From the human T2T-CHM13v2.0 reference genome, Homo sapiens, in NCBI RefSeq assembly GCF_009914755.1, contig NC_060929.1: a stretch of 64,000 bases of DNA. One strand, given 5' to 3'. The notes under the pieces were generated by a model that worked only from the letters and a program-made list of their open reading frames with translations, did no database searches and was not told where the DNA came from. Below, piece by piece: positions 40,036 to 55,348 of this stretch. Numbering within the stretch: position 1 is the stretch's first letter; every line of letters begins with the position of its first letter. Position numbers and translations under genes: made by a program.

Positions 40036-42990
40036 TTTTTTTGAGGATTTTTGCATCTATGTTCATCAAAGATATAGTCCTGTAATTTTATTTCCTTGAA
40101 GTTCCTTGTCTGGCCTTGGTATCAGGGTAAAACTGACATTTTAAAATGAGTTTGAAAGAATTCTCTTCCTTCCAATTTTTTGGAATAGTTTGAGAATTAG
40201 CGTTAGTTCTTTAAAAAATATTTGCTACAAGTCAGCAACAGCGAAACCATCCAGTCGTGGTCTTTCTTTGTTGGAAGACTTTTTAATACTGCTTTAATCT
40301 CATTACTTGTTATTGATCTGTTCAGAAATCTCTTTCTTTCTGATTTAATTTTGATGTATTGCGTGTGTCCAGGAATTTATCCATTTTCTCTAGATTTTCC
40401 AATTTTTTGGTGTATAGTTGTTCATAATAGTCTCTGACAATCCTTTGTATTATTGTGTTATCAGTTGTAATGTCTTTTTTGTTTCTAATTTTATTTATTT
40501 TGTTCTTCTCTTGTTTTTTAGTCTAGATAATGATTTGTCAATATTGCTTAATTTTTCAAAAAATTAACTTTACTCTGGTAAAAATCAATTTCAAAATGTC
40601 CATGTAATGTAGTACCATGCAGGTATTCAAGATAATTAGGTATATATTTTTGTGATGCTATGTTGCAACATTCAGGATATATCATTGAGTGAAGAAAGGA
40701 AGTTATAGAATAACATGTTCAGTATAATATCATTTGTTTACAAAAAAATGAAGACAAGAAAGGAAATATTGCTTATGTATGCTTGTTTATGCATACTTTA
40801 TGGAAGGATACACAAAAAATTGTTAATAATGATTTTAAAAACAAAACTAACTTTGCATTTCTTATTTAGTATTTTTTAGTCTCTATTTTTTATCTTTTCA
40901 AAAAACTAATTTTAATTTTGTTGATCTTTTGTATTATATATTTAATTTCAATTTCATTTATTTCTCCTCTTGTCTTTATTATTTGTATCCTTCTAGTAGT
41001 TTTGGGTTTGTTTTGTTCTTGCTTTTCTAATTCCTTGAGATACATTATTAAGGTGTTTCTTTAAAAGTTTTCTACTTTTTTGATGCAGGAATTTAGTGTT
41101 ATAAACTTTCCTCTTATCTGCTTTTCCTATACCCCATATGTTTTACTATGTTGTATTTATATTTTTATTTGTTTCAAAAAGTTTAAATGGCACATTGGCT
41201 ATTCAGGAGCATGTTGTTTAATTTCCATGTATTTGTAGTTTCTAAAGGTCTTCTTGTTATTGATTTTTAGTTTTATTCCATTAAGTCCAGAAAAAATACG
41301 TAACATGATTTATATTTTTGTAAACTTGTTGTGACTTTTGGCCTAACATATAGTCTATCCTGGAGAATGTTTTATGCTGATGAGAAGAGTGTGTATTCTG
41401 CCCAAAGTGAATGAAATATTCTATAAATGTCTATTAGGTCCATTTGTTTTATAGAGGAGTTCAAATCTAGGGTTTCTTTGTTGATTTTCTGTCTAGATGG
41501 TCTTCCTAATACTGAAAAGTGCAATGTTGAAGTCCCTTAGTATTATTATATTAGGGCTTATCTCCCCATTTAGATCTATCAATATTTGCTTCATGTGTCT
41601 GGGTGCTTCATTGTTGGGGGCATATATATTTATTATAGTGTCTTGATGAATTCATCCTTTTATCATTATATAATGATCTTCTTTGTCTCTTTTTTACAGT
41701 TTCTGACTTAAACTCTATTTTATCTCATATAAATATAGCTACTTCTCTTTGGTTTTGGTATACATTTGCATAGAATATCTTTTCCCATCCCTTTACTTTA
41801 AGCCTATGTGTGACATTCCAGGTGTATGTTTTTGCAGGCAGTATTTCTTTAGTTTTTTTTTTCTGGTTGTTTTGAATATTCTTTGTTCCTTTATTCCTTT
41901 TTTATTGTTTATTTTTGTGGTTTGGTGTGTTTCTGTATTGATAAAGTTTGATTCTTTTCTTTCTCTCATTTGTGTATCTGCTATAGCAGTGAGTTTTATA
42001 CCTTCACTTGTTTTCCTTATGGTAATTATCATCCTTTTTTCCCCAGATACAGGATTTCTTCTAGCTAGCTCAAAGGCCTTCTGAAACAAAAGACCAGAGA
42101 TTCTCTTATACAAGTGTAAGAAAGTGGAATTTATTTTAAGACTACGTATTATAAGAACTAGAAATATATTTGAGTTCTAACGCATCTTTAAAGTCCAGTT
42201 AGTCTTTTATAGCCAAGTTGGCAGGGCTAATTTTTTCACAAAGATAAAAGGGAGAGGTATTGTGGATAAGCTGTAGAATGCTTCAAGACTTATCCATTAC
42301 AGATTTATATGGAAGCTAGCCAGGTATCTTTAGCACTTTTACAAAATTGTGTCAAACAGTTTCTTCTTTATTTTAGTGTTGTTTAAAACTTGTTTCAGCC
42401 TCTATTTTTTGCATTATTGAAACATTCTATAATCATTGCACTTCACAACAGACTGTCTTTTAAAGTCCTTTAATATGTTTTATAACTAAATGAAATATAG
42501 AATTAACTGGAAATGAGGGAGATAGTTTAGGATTAAGAAGAAGTACCATTACTAAAATTTGTAATTTTATTTAGTGTAATTATTTACAGAAAATGGACTA
42601 TTATCTTGGGATTTGGTGTTAACTATTCAAATTATGACATGCACAGAGACTTAAAATATTGCAAATTAAGCAAGTTATCTAATTTAGTAGAGTTAATCAG
42701 CTATTGCACAAATTCCTGTCATTTTTATAAAAATCATAGCTGGGTATAATAATTGAAGATAGAAATTATTTTCATGGTATCCATCCACATTCATCCTGTA
42801 ACGATGCTGTGGGTTGTAAAAATCCTGACAAAAGGGCTGTATTTTGTGTACTTTAAAGTGACTTTTTGTAGCAAAGTGTTTACTTGTATAATTTAAAAGC
42901 AAGTTCAGGTTTAAAAACAAGTACGTTTAGATATGTATATGTGAAAATCAGTTTTTCACTTTAGGATTTTATAACTAGGTTCAATGACTG

Positions 42991-43171
42991 TATATTCTTT
43001 CAATGCTCAATGGCTTCTATTTTGTATGTATATTTACCTTTATATGCCTAACAAATCTCACATACCTAACAAATCTTACATATACTATATATTCTTTCAA
43101 TGCTCAGTGGCTTCTATTTTGTATATATATTTACCTTTACATACCTAACAAATCTTACATACTTAACAAAT
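42991..43171. repeat. Imperfect 97-bp tandem duplication with an internal 18-bp subrepeat
   Basis: TATATTCTTTCAATGCTCArTGGCTTCTATTTTGTAT at 42991 and 43088; ACATACCTAACAAATCTT units. Confidence 0.9.
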
Positions 43172-44706
43172 TTTAAAAATCAAGGCTTTTACAGTGTGTT
43201 AGGTTTTAATATTCTGTATAGTCATATGAATTGCTTTCAACTAGTTTTAGCAACAAAAATAGTATTTTACATTTTCATTCGGTGCCTTCACATCTTCCCA
43301 ATAATACACTTTTTTTTTTCTTCTCTACCTCTTCTGAAACGAGTCTACTTTTTGCCTACTAAACAATAAAGAACATGTTTTAAGTATTGTTTTCCTTTAC
43401 CTCAGCTTTGGCCCAGACTGTTTTCTCAACTCTGATTATTATTCGTGAATTTGCTCATGGGTTTGTCCTTACTTTTAAATTTTCCTCAGCTTTCTTTTGC
43501 TCTTCTCTTTAATATGTGCCATTAACACATATATGTAAATACTTATATTCTTCAGAAACAATAAAATTGTATTTTCTGCCTACTTTGTTAATAGTCTCTG
43601 AATATTCCCTGCCAGACACTGTGGCCACGGTAGGTCTTTAAGAACCCGTGGGAATGAATCACACCTGGCAAGCAGGTGTTCGCTGAGCTGATTTTCCACT
43701 GTGCTCATTGTTTATACCCTTGCTTTATGACCTGGTTACTGACCTCAGATATTGGCTACTTTCTAAGACTCTGCTTAACTTTGGTGCCAGTGTGTCCCTT
43801 GATCTGACTTTCGTCTTTAATTGTTGCTATCTTGAATGGGGTTTTGCGGATAACCCCTTTCTTGTTTTGAACTCTAGTAAATTAAACTCCCAATGGCTAA
43901 ATGATGACATATCCCTAACCTGGAGCTTTTACCAAGCAGCAGTTCTTTTTGGATCTCTCCTATCGAGGACTCTCTTTTTTCCCCAGGGCAGTCATTATGA
44001 TTAATTCACAGGATCACAGGAGAGGAACTTTTAAGTCCATTTAGGTACATTCTGGAATGTAAGACTATCCTGTGGAATAGTGGGATAAAACGTGTAAAAT
44101 GCCCTCACAGGCATGCTTTATCTGTGAGAACCTGAGAGCAGAAAAGCTTTGGTAATTAATTTGATAGGTTCTGGATGGGTATTGGACTTCGGTGGTGATG
44201 AGTGAAGAGATTGTTATTTGAATGTGAAGAGAGCTGTATGTGCTTTTCCATCTCTGAGCAGGGAGTGTAAAATCTATTTAGAGATGCAGCCATCAGCCAA
44301 AAGTGAGAAGTCTCTTTAACAAGCAAAAAAGGCACTGCTAATAATTTTGATTCCTGCACCAAGTGCTCTATAAAAGTGGTGCTAAAAATGCCACTCTTAA
44401 AAAATTGTATTTCATTATATTTTAAAGCATGGTACAACTTTCTTCTAGTGATAAAGCCAGAGAACATAGTGTTTGAGAATATTTAATATGGGGATTTATA
44501 TTTGAGTTAACTAAGCTAAAAAAAATCCCCACAGAATTGAAATTATTGATAACTGATGTGATTACCATGGAGGCTTATTGCGATTCAGCGTGAGAATACT
44601 ACTTCCTAAGATGCAAAGAAATGTAGATTATTGACATTAGATAAATCCGTATAGAAGATATGTGGATTCTACTGGCCCTTAAATATTTGCTTTTTAAAAA
44701 GTTACT

Positions 44707-46744
44707 CTTCTGTCCATTCTTGGGGTGGAGATGGCTGCGGCTGTGGCGGGGCTGCTGCGAGGGGGTCTCCTGCCCCAGGCAGGCCGGCTGCCAGCCCTCC
44801 AGACTGTCCGCTATGGCTCCAAGGCTGTTACCCACCACCGTCGTGTGATGCACTTTCAGCGACAGAAGCTGATGGCTGTGACTGAATATATCCCCCCGAC
44901 ACCAGCCGTCAACCCAACATGCCTGCCATCTCCTCCTGGCCCCCCACAGGAGGCATCACTGGAAGCCCTAGAACTTACCCAGAGGGAGCAAGGTTGCCAG
45001 GAGCAGTGACGGCTGATGTACCCTTGGTTTTTGCTTTCCAATTTCAGGAGACGGGCCTCATCAGGCTTCTCTGCCGGGAGAGAGCAGCAGTTTTCCAGGA
45101 CAACCGAATGATAGCTATCTGCCAGAGCGTGGCTCTGAGCGTAGCAGACAAGCTTCTTATGCGACACCAGCTGCGGAAACACAAGATCCTGATGAAGGTC
45201 TTCCACAACCAGGTCCTGAAGCCCTTCCTGGAGGACTCCAAGTACCAAAATCTCCTGCCCCTTTTTGTGGGGCACAACATGCTGCTGGTCAGTGAAGAGC
45301 CCAAGGTCAAGGAGATGGTAAGGATCTTAAGGACTGTGCCATTCCTGCTGCTGCTAGGTGGCTGCATCAATGACGTAGATGCCATCCTCAGCAGGCAGGG
45401 CTTTATCAACTACTCCAGCCTTCCCAGCCTGCCCCTGGCATAGGGGGAGCTTGTGGGAGGCCTCACCCCACTCATGGCCCAGACCCACTCCCTGCTCCAG
45501 CACCAGCCCCTGAAGTTGACCACCCTATTGGACCAGTACATCAGACAGCAAAGCGAGAAGGATTCTGTCGTGTCGGCCAATGGGAAGCCAGATCCTCCTG
45601 ACCCTGTTCCGGACTCGTACCCAGCCTGTTTAGCCAGCCCTGCCCATAAATACACTCTGTCCTATTGGCTGTGCTGTCCTCCATGGGAGATGTGGAAGAA
45701 CTTGGGGTGGGGGAGTGCATTTGTCACTGGGCTTTCACTAACAATGATATTGTCAGGTATAGGGCCACTCGGAGATGCAGAGGATTCCATTTCAAATGGA
45801 GGCTGTCAGTCACTGGCTTCATCCTTAGTTTTCCTAACTTGGGACCCAATAGAAGCAAAGTCCAAGGCAGAGAGGCTGAAAAGATAAGGCTACTACTCCC
45901 TGCCGCCTTGGTCACTGCCCCTTGCTGCACGGGCTCCTGAGCCCACCCCCTTGGGGCACAACCTGCCACTGCCACAGTAGCTCAACCAAGCAGTCGTGCT
46001 GAGGATAGCACCTGGTGAGAGCCTGCTGTGTGTCAGGCTTTGTGCTGAGCACTGCATATGCATTAGTTCCTTTATTCCTGACGACGTTGTACCCATGTCA
46101 CAGAGAAGGAGCCGAGAAATTAAGTAGCTTGCACAAGGTCATGCAGTTAGTAAGTGGCAGAACAGGGACTTGAACCAGGCCCACTCTGCTCTGAAGACGG
46201 CATCCTGAATTTCTACACTATAGTTTCCTCATCAGGTTACCCAGAAGTGGGTCCCATCCACCATCCAGGTGTGCTTAGATGTTAGTTCTCCACCCTTGTG
46301 CCATGCTATGGAAAGTTTGGGAGCACTGCTTTACGATGAAAGGAAATATATTCTACTTCCTCTATTTTGTGGTTTACATGGTTGTCCTTCCTGTAGGCTT
46401 ATTCTCAGGGGCTTCTCTGTCCTCTGACTTTCCTCACTCTCACTTCCCTTCCTAGGAAAATCCTCTTCCCCTGTATCTGTTCCCACAAATGGCATCCCGC
46501 ACATGCTTGCTCTATTAAAGGCAGCTGACAGCTGTGCCCACTAGCTAACATTTCTCTGGTGGTTCTGAACAAAAGGGCTGGGGGGAAACTAGGATTCTCT
46601 GTTAATGGAGGATTCTGAGGGCTCTAGAGTAGGAGGCCTCAAGCAAGTCTTCATGAACCAGAAATTCCTAATAAAGGAGATAGGGTGCTTAACTTGAAAA
46701 ACAAAGACAAACAAACAAACAAACAAACAGCAACAACAACAACA
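44707..46744 (+). pseudogene. MRPL10: Processed pseudogene of mitochondrial ribosomal protein L10 (symbol is the parent gene)
   Basis: ATG 44731 [21 protein letters not shown]...; homology to ...[12 protein letters not shown]; 95-nt insert, premature TAG at 45441, ancestral stop read as TAC (45618-45620); 3'UTR, AATAAA at 46670, degenerate A-tail; TSD AAAAAGTTACT (44696-44706 / 46745-46755) at a TTTTT/AAAAA L1 endonuclease site. Confidence 0.95.
46015..46195 (-). mobile_element. MIR inside the retrocopied 3'UTR
   Basis: TGTGTCAGGCTTTGTGCTGAGCACT...CTTGCACAAGGTCATGCAGTTAGTAAGTGGCAGAACAGGGACTTGAACC. Confidence 0.75.
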
Positions 46745-48139
46745 AAAAAGTTACTTATTTGAAACTTGAAACAAGTTATGTCTGAAAGAGCAAATAAGGT
46801 ATAAACTCTTAATTTGGGGTTATATTTCAGTGTAAGATGTGTACATTAAAGTCTCTTGATGTGTAGATTAATTTTTTATTAATTAACCACTGTCCACAAA
46901 TCATAGCAAACAGCTGCTTGCTACAGAAATAGAACTACTTTAAATTCTGGAAATGTGGCCACCTTGAGAAGATTGTTCAATGGAAGATATTAAATTGCAG
47001 GTTTACTTACCACACCTGGGAATGTTTCTTCATTGGAAAATATCTAACTTAAAGTAAATTAAATTAATTCATACTCTGTTTAGTTCCAAAAAGTGTAAAG
47101 TCAGCATTGATGTAACTTTTCTGTAATTTAGGATAATTCAAGATTGCCTAAGGAGACAAAGTGCATCCATTGTGGAACCATCTCTGTGCCATCTGCTGAC
47201 GTTTACTAGTAATCACCAGAATCATTCACATTTCTATAAGCAATATTCTTCTACACTGGGAAAGAATTCCAGTCTGCAGTTAGACATTTCTTGGCAGTTG
47301 TGAAAAACGTAGTAATCAGAGTAGTTGTCAGGCACCTTAATTGAAGGTCTCCTTGTGACTACTTCGCATATGCAAATTATGATCAGTGTTTATCATTTGG
47401 GAGGAAAGGTTAAGGCGAATGAGTTAGCATTTAGACTATTGATTAAAAAGAAAGAGAAGATCTTGCCAATGAATCAAAGAAAGGGTTTATCTAATTAACT
47501 TGATGTTTTTGCCCTGTACCTCAGACTGTAGCCAGCACACACACTGCCACAAAGACACAGAACAGCATGGAGGAGGTCTTTTTTGTTGGTCCCTTTTGAT
47601 CACTGGAGAGTCTCCATTTACATATTGAGAGATCTGATAAACTCTGATTGTGTTTGTGCAGGTAGGTTGGGGTGCTTTGTCATAAATACCACAAAAACAT
47701 TTATTCTAGTGAGATTCTGAAGCGAATGTCATGAAAGTAAACTATCTCTGATGTTTCTCATGCTGATCTGTCAATGGTTGTGAAATTGAGAAAAATGAGA
47801 TTTGAAAGGAAGCAATGGGAGAAGTTGGAGAAGGCAACTGGGGATGAGGGACAAGGAAAAGATAATATATCAACAAGTCAGAGTGATGGAAGGGCCCTAA
47901 CAAACATTTTAATGGAAGAGAGTCCAAGAAAAGAAGAAATTAGAGAAACAAAGATAAATGGACCGAAAAGAAATATTTGGTGCCATTAAAAAAATCAGGT
48001 TTCAAACTTTGTTTTTTCTTTTGTTGATTTTTGTGAGAAATTTCTGTGCACCAGGCACTGTACTAAATGCTTTGTCTTTTAATTTATTATTACATTTTCT
48101 TGTTACAACCATATAAGGAAGCAGTGAAGCTAATAGTGT

Positions 48140-48435
48140 TTGTTTATGTATTTATTTGTTTAGAGACAGAGTCTTGCTTTGTTGCTCAAGCTGGAGTGCA
48201 GTGGTATGCTTATAGCTCTTTGCAGCCTTGACCTCCTGGGCTCAAGCGATCCTCCCACCTAAGCCTCCTGAGTAGTTGGACCTGCTGGTGTGTGCCACCA
48301 TGCCTGGCAAATTTTTAAACCTATTTATCTTTGTATGTTGCCTAGGCTGGTTTGGAACGCCTGACTTCAAGCAATCCTCTCACCTCGGCCTCCCAAAGTG
48401 CTGAGATTACAGACATGAGTCACTGTGTCTGATGG
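48140..48435 (-). mobile_element. AluJ element
   Basis: AluJ-type GCAGCCTTGACCTCCTGGGCTCAAGCGATCCTCCCACC. Confidence 0.88.
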
Positions 48436-48439
48436 CTAG

Positions 48440-48720
48440 TAGTGTTAAATGTGTGAACCCTAGAGCTTGAATATCTGGGTTGGAATCCCTGAGGTGCCAC
48501 TTACTGGCTTTGTGATCTTGGGCATAGTAAACTTTCTGTATCCCAGTTTCTTCATCTGTAAAATGGTGATAATACTAATGGCATATACTTAACAAGGTTA
48601 TGGTGAGGTTAATAGGCTGGTGAGGATTAATTGGATTAATAGGTGGGTGAGGATTAATATACAGAGCATTTAGAGCAGAGTCCACACATGGAAGCACTCA
48701 ATGAAGGTTGACCATTATTT
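48440..48720 (+). mobile_element. MIR
   Basis: CAGTTTCTTCATCTGTAAAATGG core; AAGCACTCAATGAAGG end. Confidence 0.75.
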
Positions 48721-49538
48721 TTATTTTTATTAGTATTCCAGTTTAATAGTTGATATTACAAAAGTCAAGGCATGTTCTCAGGGGGGTCTTAACAAGTGTC
48801 AAATCCAGGTGAATTTGTCTTAAAGATCCATGCATTTAATTCATGTATTCCGTATTAGTCTGTTCTCATGCTGCTATGAAGAAATACCCGAGACTTGGCA
48901 ATTTATAAAGAAAAGAGGTTTAATTGACTCATAGTTCCGCATGGCAGGGGAGACCTCAGGAAACTTACAATCATGGTGGAAGGCAGCTTTTCACAGGACA
49001 GCAGGAGAGAGAATGAGAGCTAGCAGGGGAAATGCCAGATTCTTATAAAACCATCAGATCTTGTAAGAACTCACTCACTATTATGAGAACAGCAGGAGAC
49101 TGCCCCCAAGATTCAATTACCTTTCACTGAGTCCCTCCCATGACACGTGGGGATTATGGAAACTATAATTCAAGATGAGATTTGGGTGGGGACCCAGTCA
49201 AAGCATATCATTCTGCCCCTGGTCCATCCCATATCTCATGTACTCACATTTCAAAACACAATCATACCTTCCCAACTGTTCTCCAAATTCTTTTTTTTTT
49301 TTTTATTTTTTTTATTTATTTATTTTTTTTTTAATTATACTCTAAGTTTTAGGGTACATGTGCACATTGTGCAGGTTAGTTACATATGTATACATGTGCC
49401 ATGCTGGTGTGCTGCACCCACTAACGTGTCATCTAGCATTAGGTATATCTCCCAATGCTATCCCTCCCCCCTCCCCCGACCCCACCAGAGTCCCCAGAGT
49501 GTGATATTCCCCTTCCTGTGTCCATGTGATCTCACTGT

Positions 49539-53365
<3,827 letters not shown>

Positions 53366-53428
53366 TATGATGTTAGCTGGTGATTTTGCTCATTAGTTGA
53401 TGCAGTTTCTTCCTAGTCTCGATGGTCT

Positions 53429-54445
53429 TTACATTTTGGCATGATTTTGCAGCGGCTGGTACCGGTTGTTCCTTTCCATGTTTAGTGCTTCCTTCAGGAG
53501 CTCTTTTAGGGCAGGCCTGGTGGTGACAAAATCTCTCAGCATTTGCTTGTCTATAAAGTATTTTATTTCTCCTTCACTTATGAAGCTTAGTTTGGCTGGA
53601 TATGAAATTCTGGGTTGAAAATTCTTTTCTTTAAGAATGTTGAATATTGGCCCCCACTCTCTTCTGGCTTGTAGGGTTTCTGCCGAGAGATCCGCTGTTA
53701 GTCTGATGGGCTTTCCTTTGAGGGTAACCCGACCTTTCTCTCTGGCTGCCCTTAACATTTTTTCCTTCATTTCAACTTTGGTGAATCTGACAATTATGTG
53801 TCTTGGAGTTGCTCTTCTCGAGGAGTATCTTTGTGGCGTTCTCTGTATTTCCTGAATCTGAACGTTGGCCTGCCTTGCTAGATTGGGGAAGTTCTCCTGG
53901 ATAATATCCTGCAGAGTGTTTTCCAACTTGGTTCCATTCTCCACATCACTTTCAGGTACACCAATCAGACGTAGATTTGGTCTTTTCACATAGTCCCATA
54001 TTTCTTGGAGGCTTTGCTCATTTCTTTTTATTCTTTTTTCTCTAAACTTCCCTTCTCGCTTCATTTCATTCATTTCATCTTCCATTGCTGATACCCTTTC
54101 TTCCAGTTGATCTCATCGGCTCCTGAGGCTTCTGCATTCTTCACGTAGTTCTCGAGCCTTGGTTTTCAGCTCCATCAGCTCCTTTAAGCACTTCTCTGTA
54201 TTGGTTATTCTAGTTATACATTCTTCTAAATTTTTTTCAAAGTTTTCAACTTCTTTGCCTTTGGTTTGAATGTCCTCCCGTAGCTCAGAGTAATTTGATC
54301 GTCTGAAGGCTTCTTCTCTCAGCTCGTCAAAATCATTCTCCATCCAGCTTTGTTCCGTTGCTGGTGAGGAACTGCGTTCCTTTGGAGGAGGAGAGGTGCT
54401 CTGCGTTTTAGAGTTTCCAGTTTTTCTGTTCTGTTTTTTCCCCAT
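53429..54445 (-). pseudogene. L1 ORF1, disrupted
   Basis: MGKKQNRKTGNSKTQ...; TGC>TGA stop at codon 111 (54113-54115); remainder in frame to ...QNHAKM*. Confidence 0.92.
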
Positions 54446-55348
54446 CTTTGTGGTTTTATCTACTTTTGGTCTTTGATGATGGTGATGTACAGATGGGTTT
54501 TCGGTGTAGATGTCCTTTCTGGTTGTTAGTTTTCCTTCTAACAGACAGGACCCTCAGCTGCAGGTCTGTTGGAATACCCTGCCGTGTGAGGTGTCAGTGT
54601 GCCCCTGCTGGGGGGTGCCTCCCAGTTAGGCTGCTCGGGGGTCAGGGTTCAGGGACCCACTTGAGGAGGCAGTCTGCCCGTTCTCAGATCTCCAGCTGTG
54701 TGCTGGGAGAACCACTGCTCTCTTCAAAGCTGTCAGACAGGGACACTTAAGTCTGCAGAGGTTACTGCTGTCTTTTTGTTTGTCTGTGCCCTGCCCCCAG
54801 AGGTGGAGCCTACAGAGGCAGGCAGGCCTCCTTGAGTTGTGGTGGGCTCCACCCAGTTCGAGCTTCCCGGCTGCTTTGTTTACCTAAGCAAGCCTGGGCA
54901 ATGGCGGGCGCCCCTCCGCCAGCCTTGTTGCCGCCTTGCAGTTTGATCTCAGACTGCTGTGCTAGCAATCAGCGAGATTCCGTGGGCATAGGACCCTCTG
55001 AGCCGGGTGTGGGATATAGTCTCGTGGTGCGCCGTTTCTTAAGCCAGTCTGAAAAGCGCAATATTCGGGTGGGAGTGACCCGATTTTCCAGGTGCGTCCG
55101 TCACCCCTTTCTTTGACTCGGAAAGGGAACTCCCTGACCCCTTGCGCTTCCCAGGTGAGGCAATGCCTCGCCCTGCTTCGGCTCGCGCACGGTGCACGCA
55201 CACACTGGCCTGCGCCCACTGTCTGGCACTCCCTAGTGAGATGAACCCGGTACCTCAGATGGAAATGCAGAAATCACCTGTCTTCTGCGTTGCTCATGCT
55301 GGGAGCTGTATACCGGAGCTGTTCCTATTCGGCCATCTTGGCTCCTCC
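54446..55348. promoter_or_regulatory. L1HS 5'UTR with sense and antisense promoter region
   Basis: CpG-rich; YY1 site CAAGATGGCC intact (55331-55340, minus). Promoter activity is inferred from the family, not shown. Confidence 0.75.
54901..55116 (+). CDS. L1 ORF0 (71-aa antisense ORF), intact
   Basis: GCAATGGCG start; MAGAPPPALLPPCSLISDCCASNQRDSVGIGPSEPGVGYSLVVRRFLSQSEKRNIRVGVTRFSRCVRHPFL*. Confidence 0.8.
   Translation: MAGAPPPALLPPCSLISDCCASNQRDSVGIGPSEPGVGYSLVVRRFLSQSEKRNIRVGVTRFSRCVRHPFL

Noticed and set aside
44599-46096. Dense overlapping ORFs on both strands
   Set aside because: Shadows of the GC-rich MRPL10-derived sequence.
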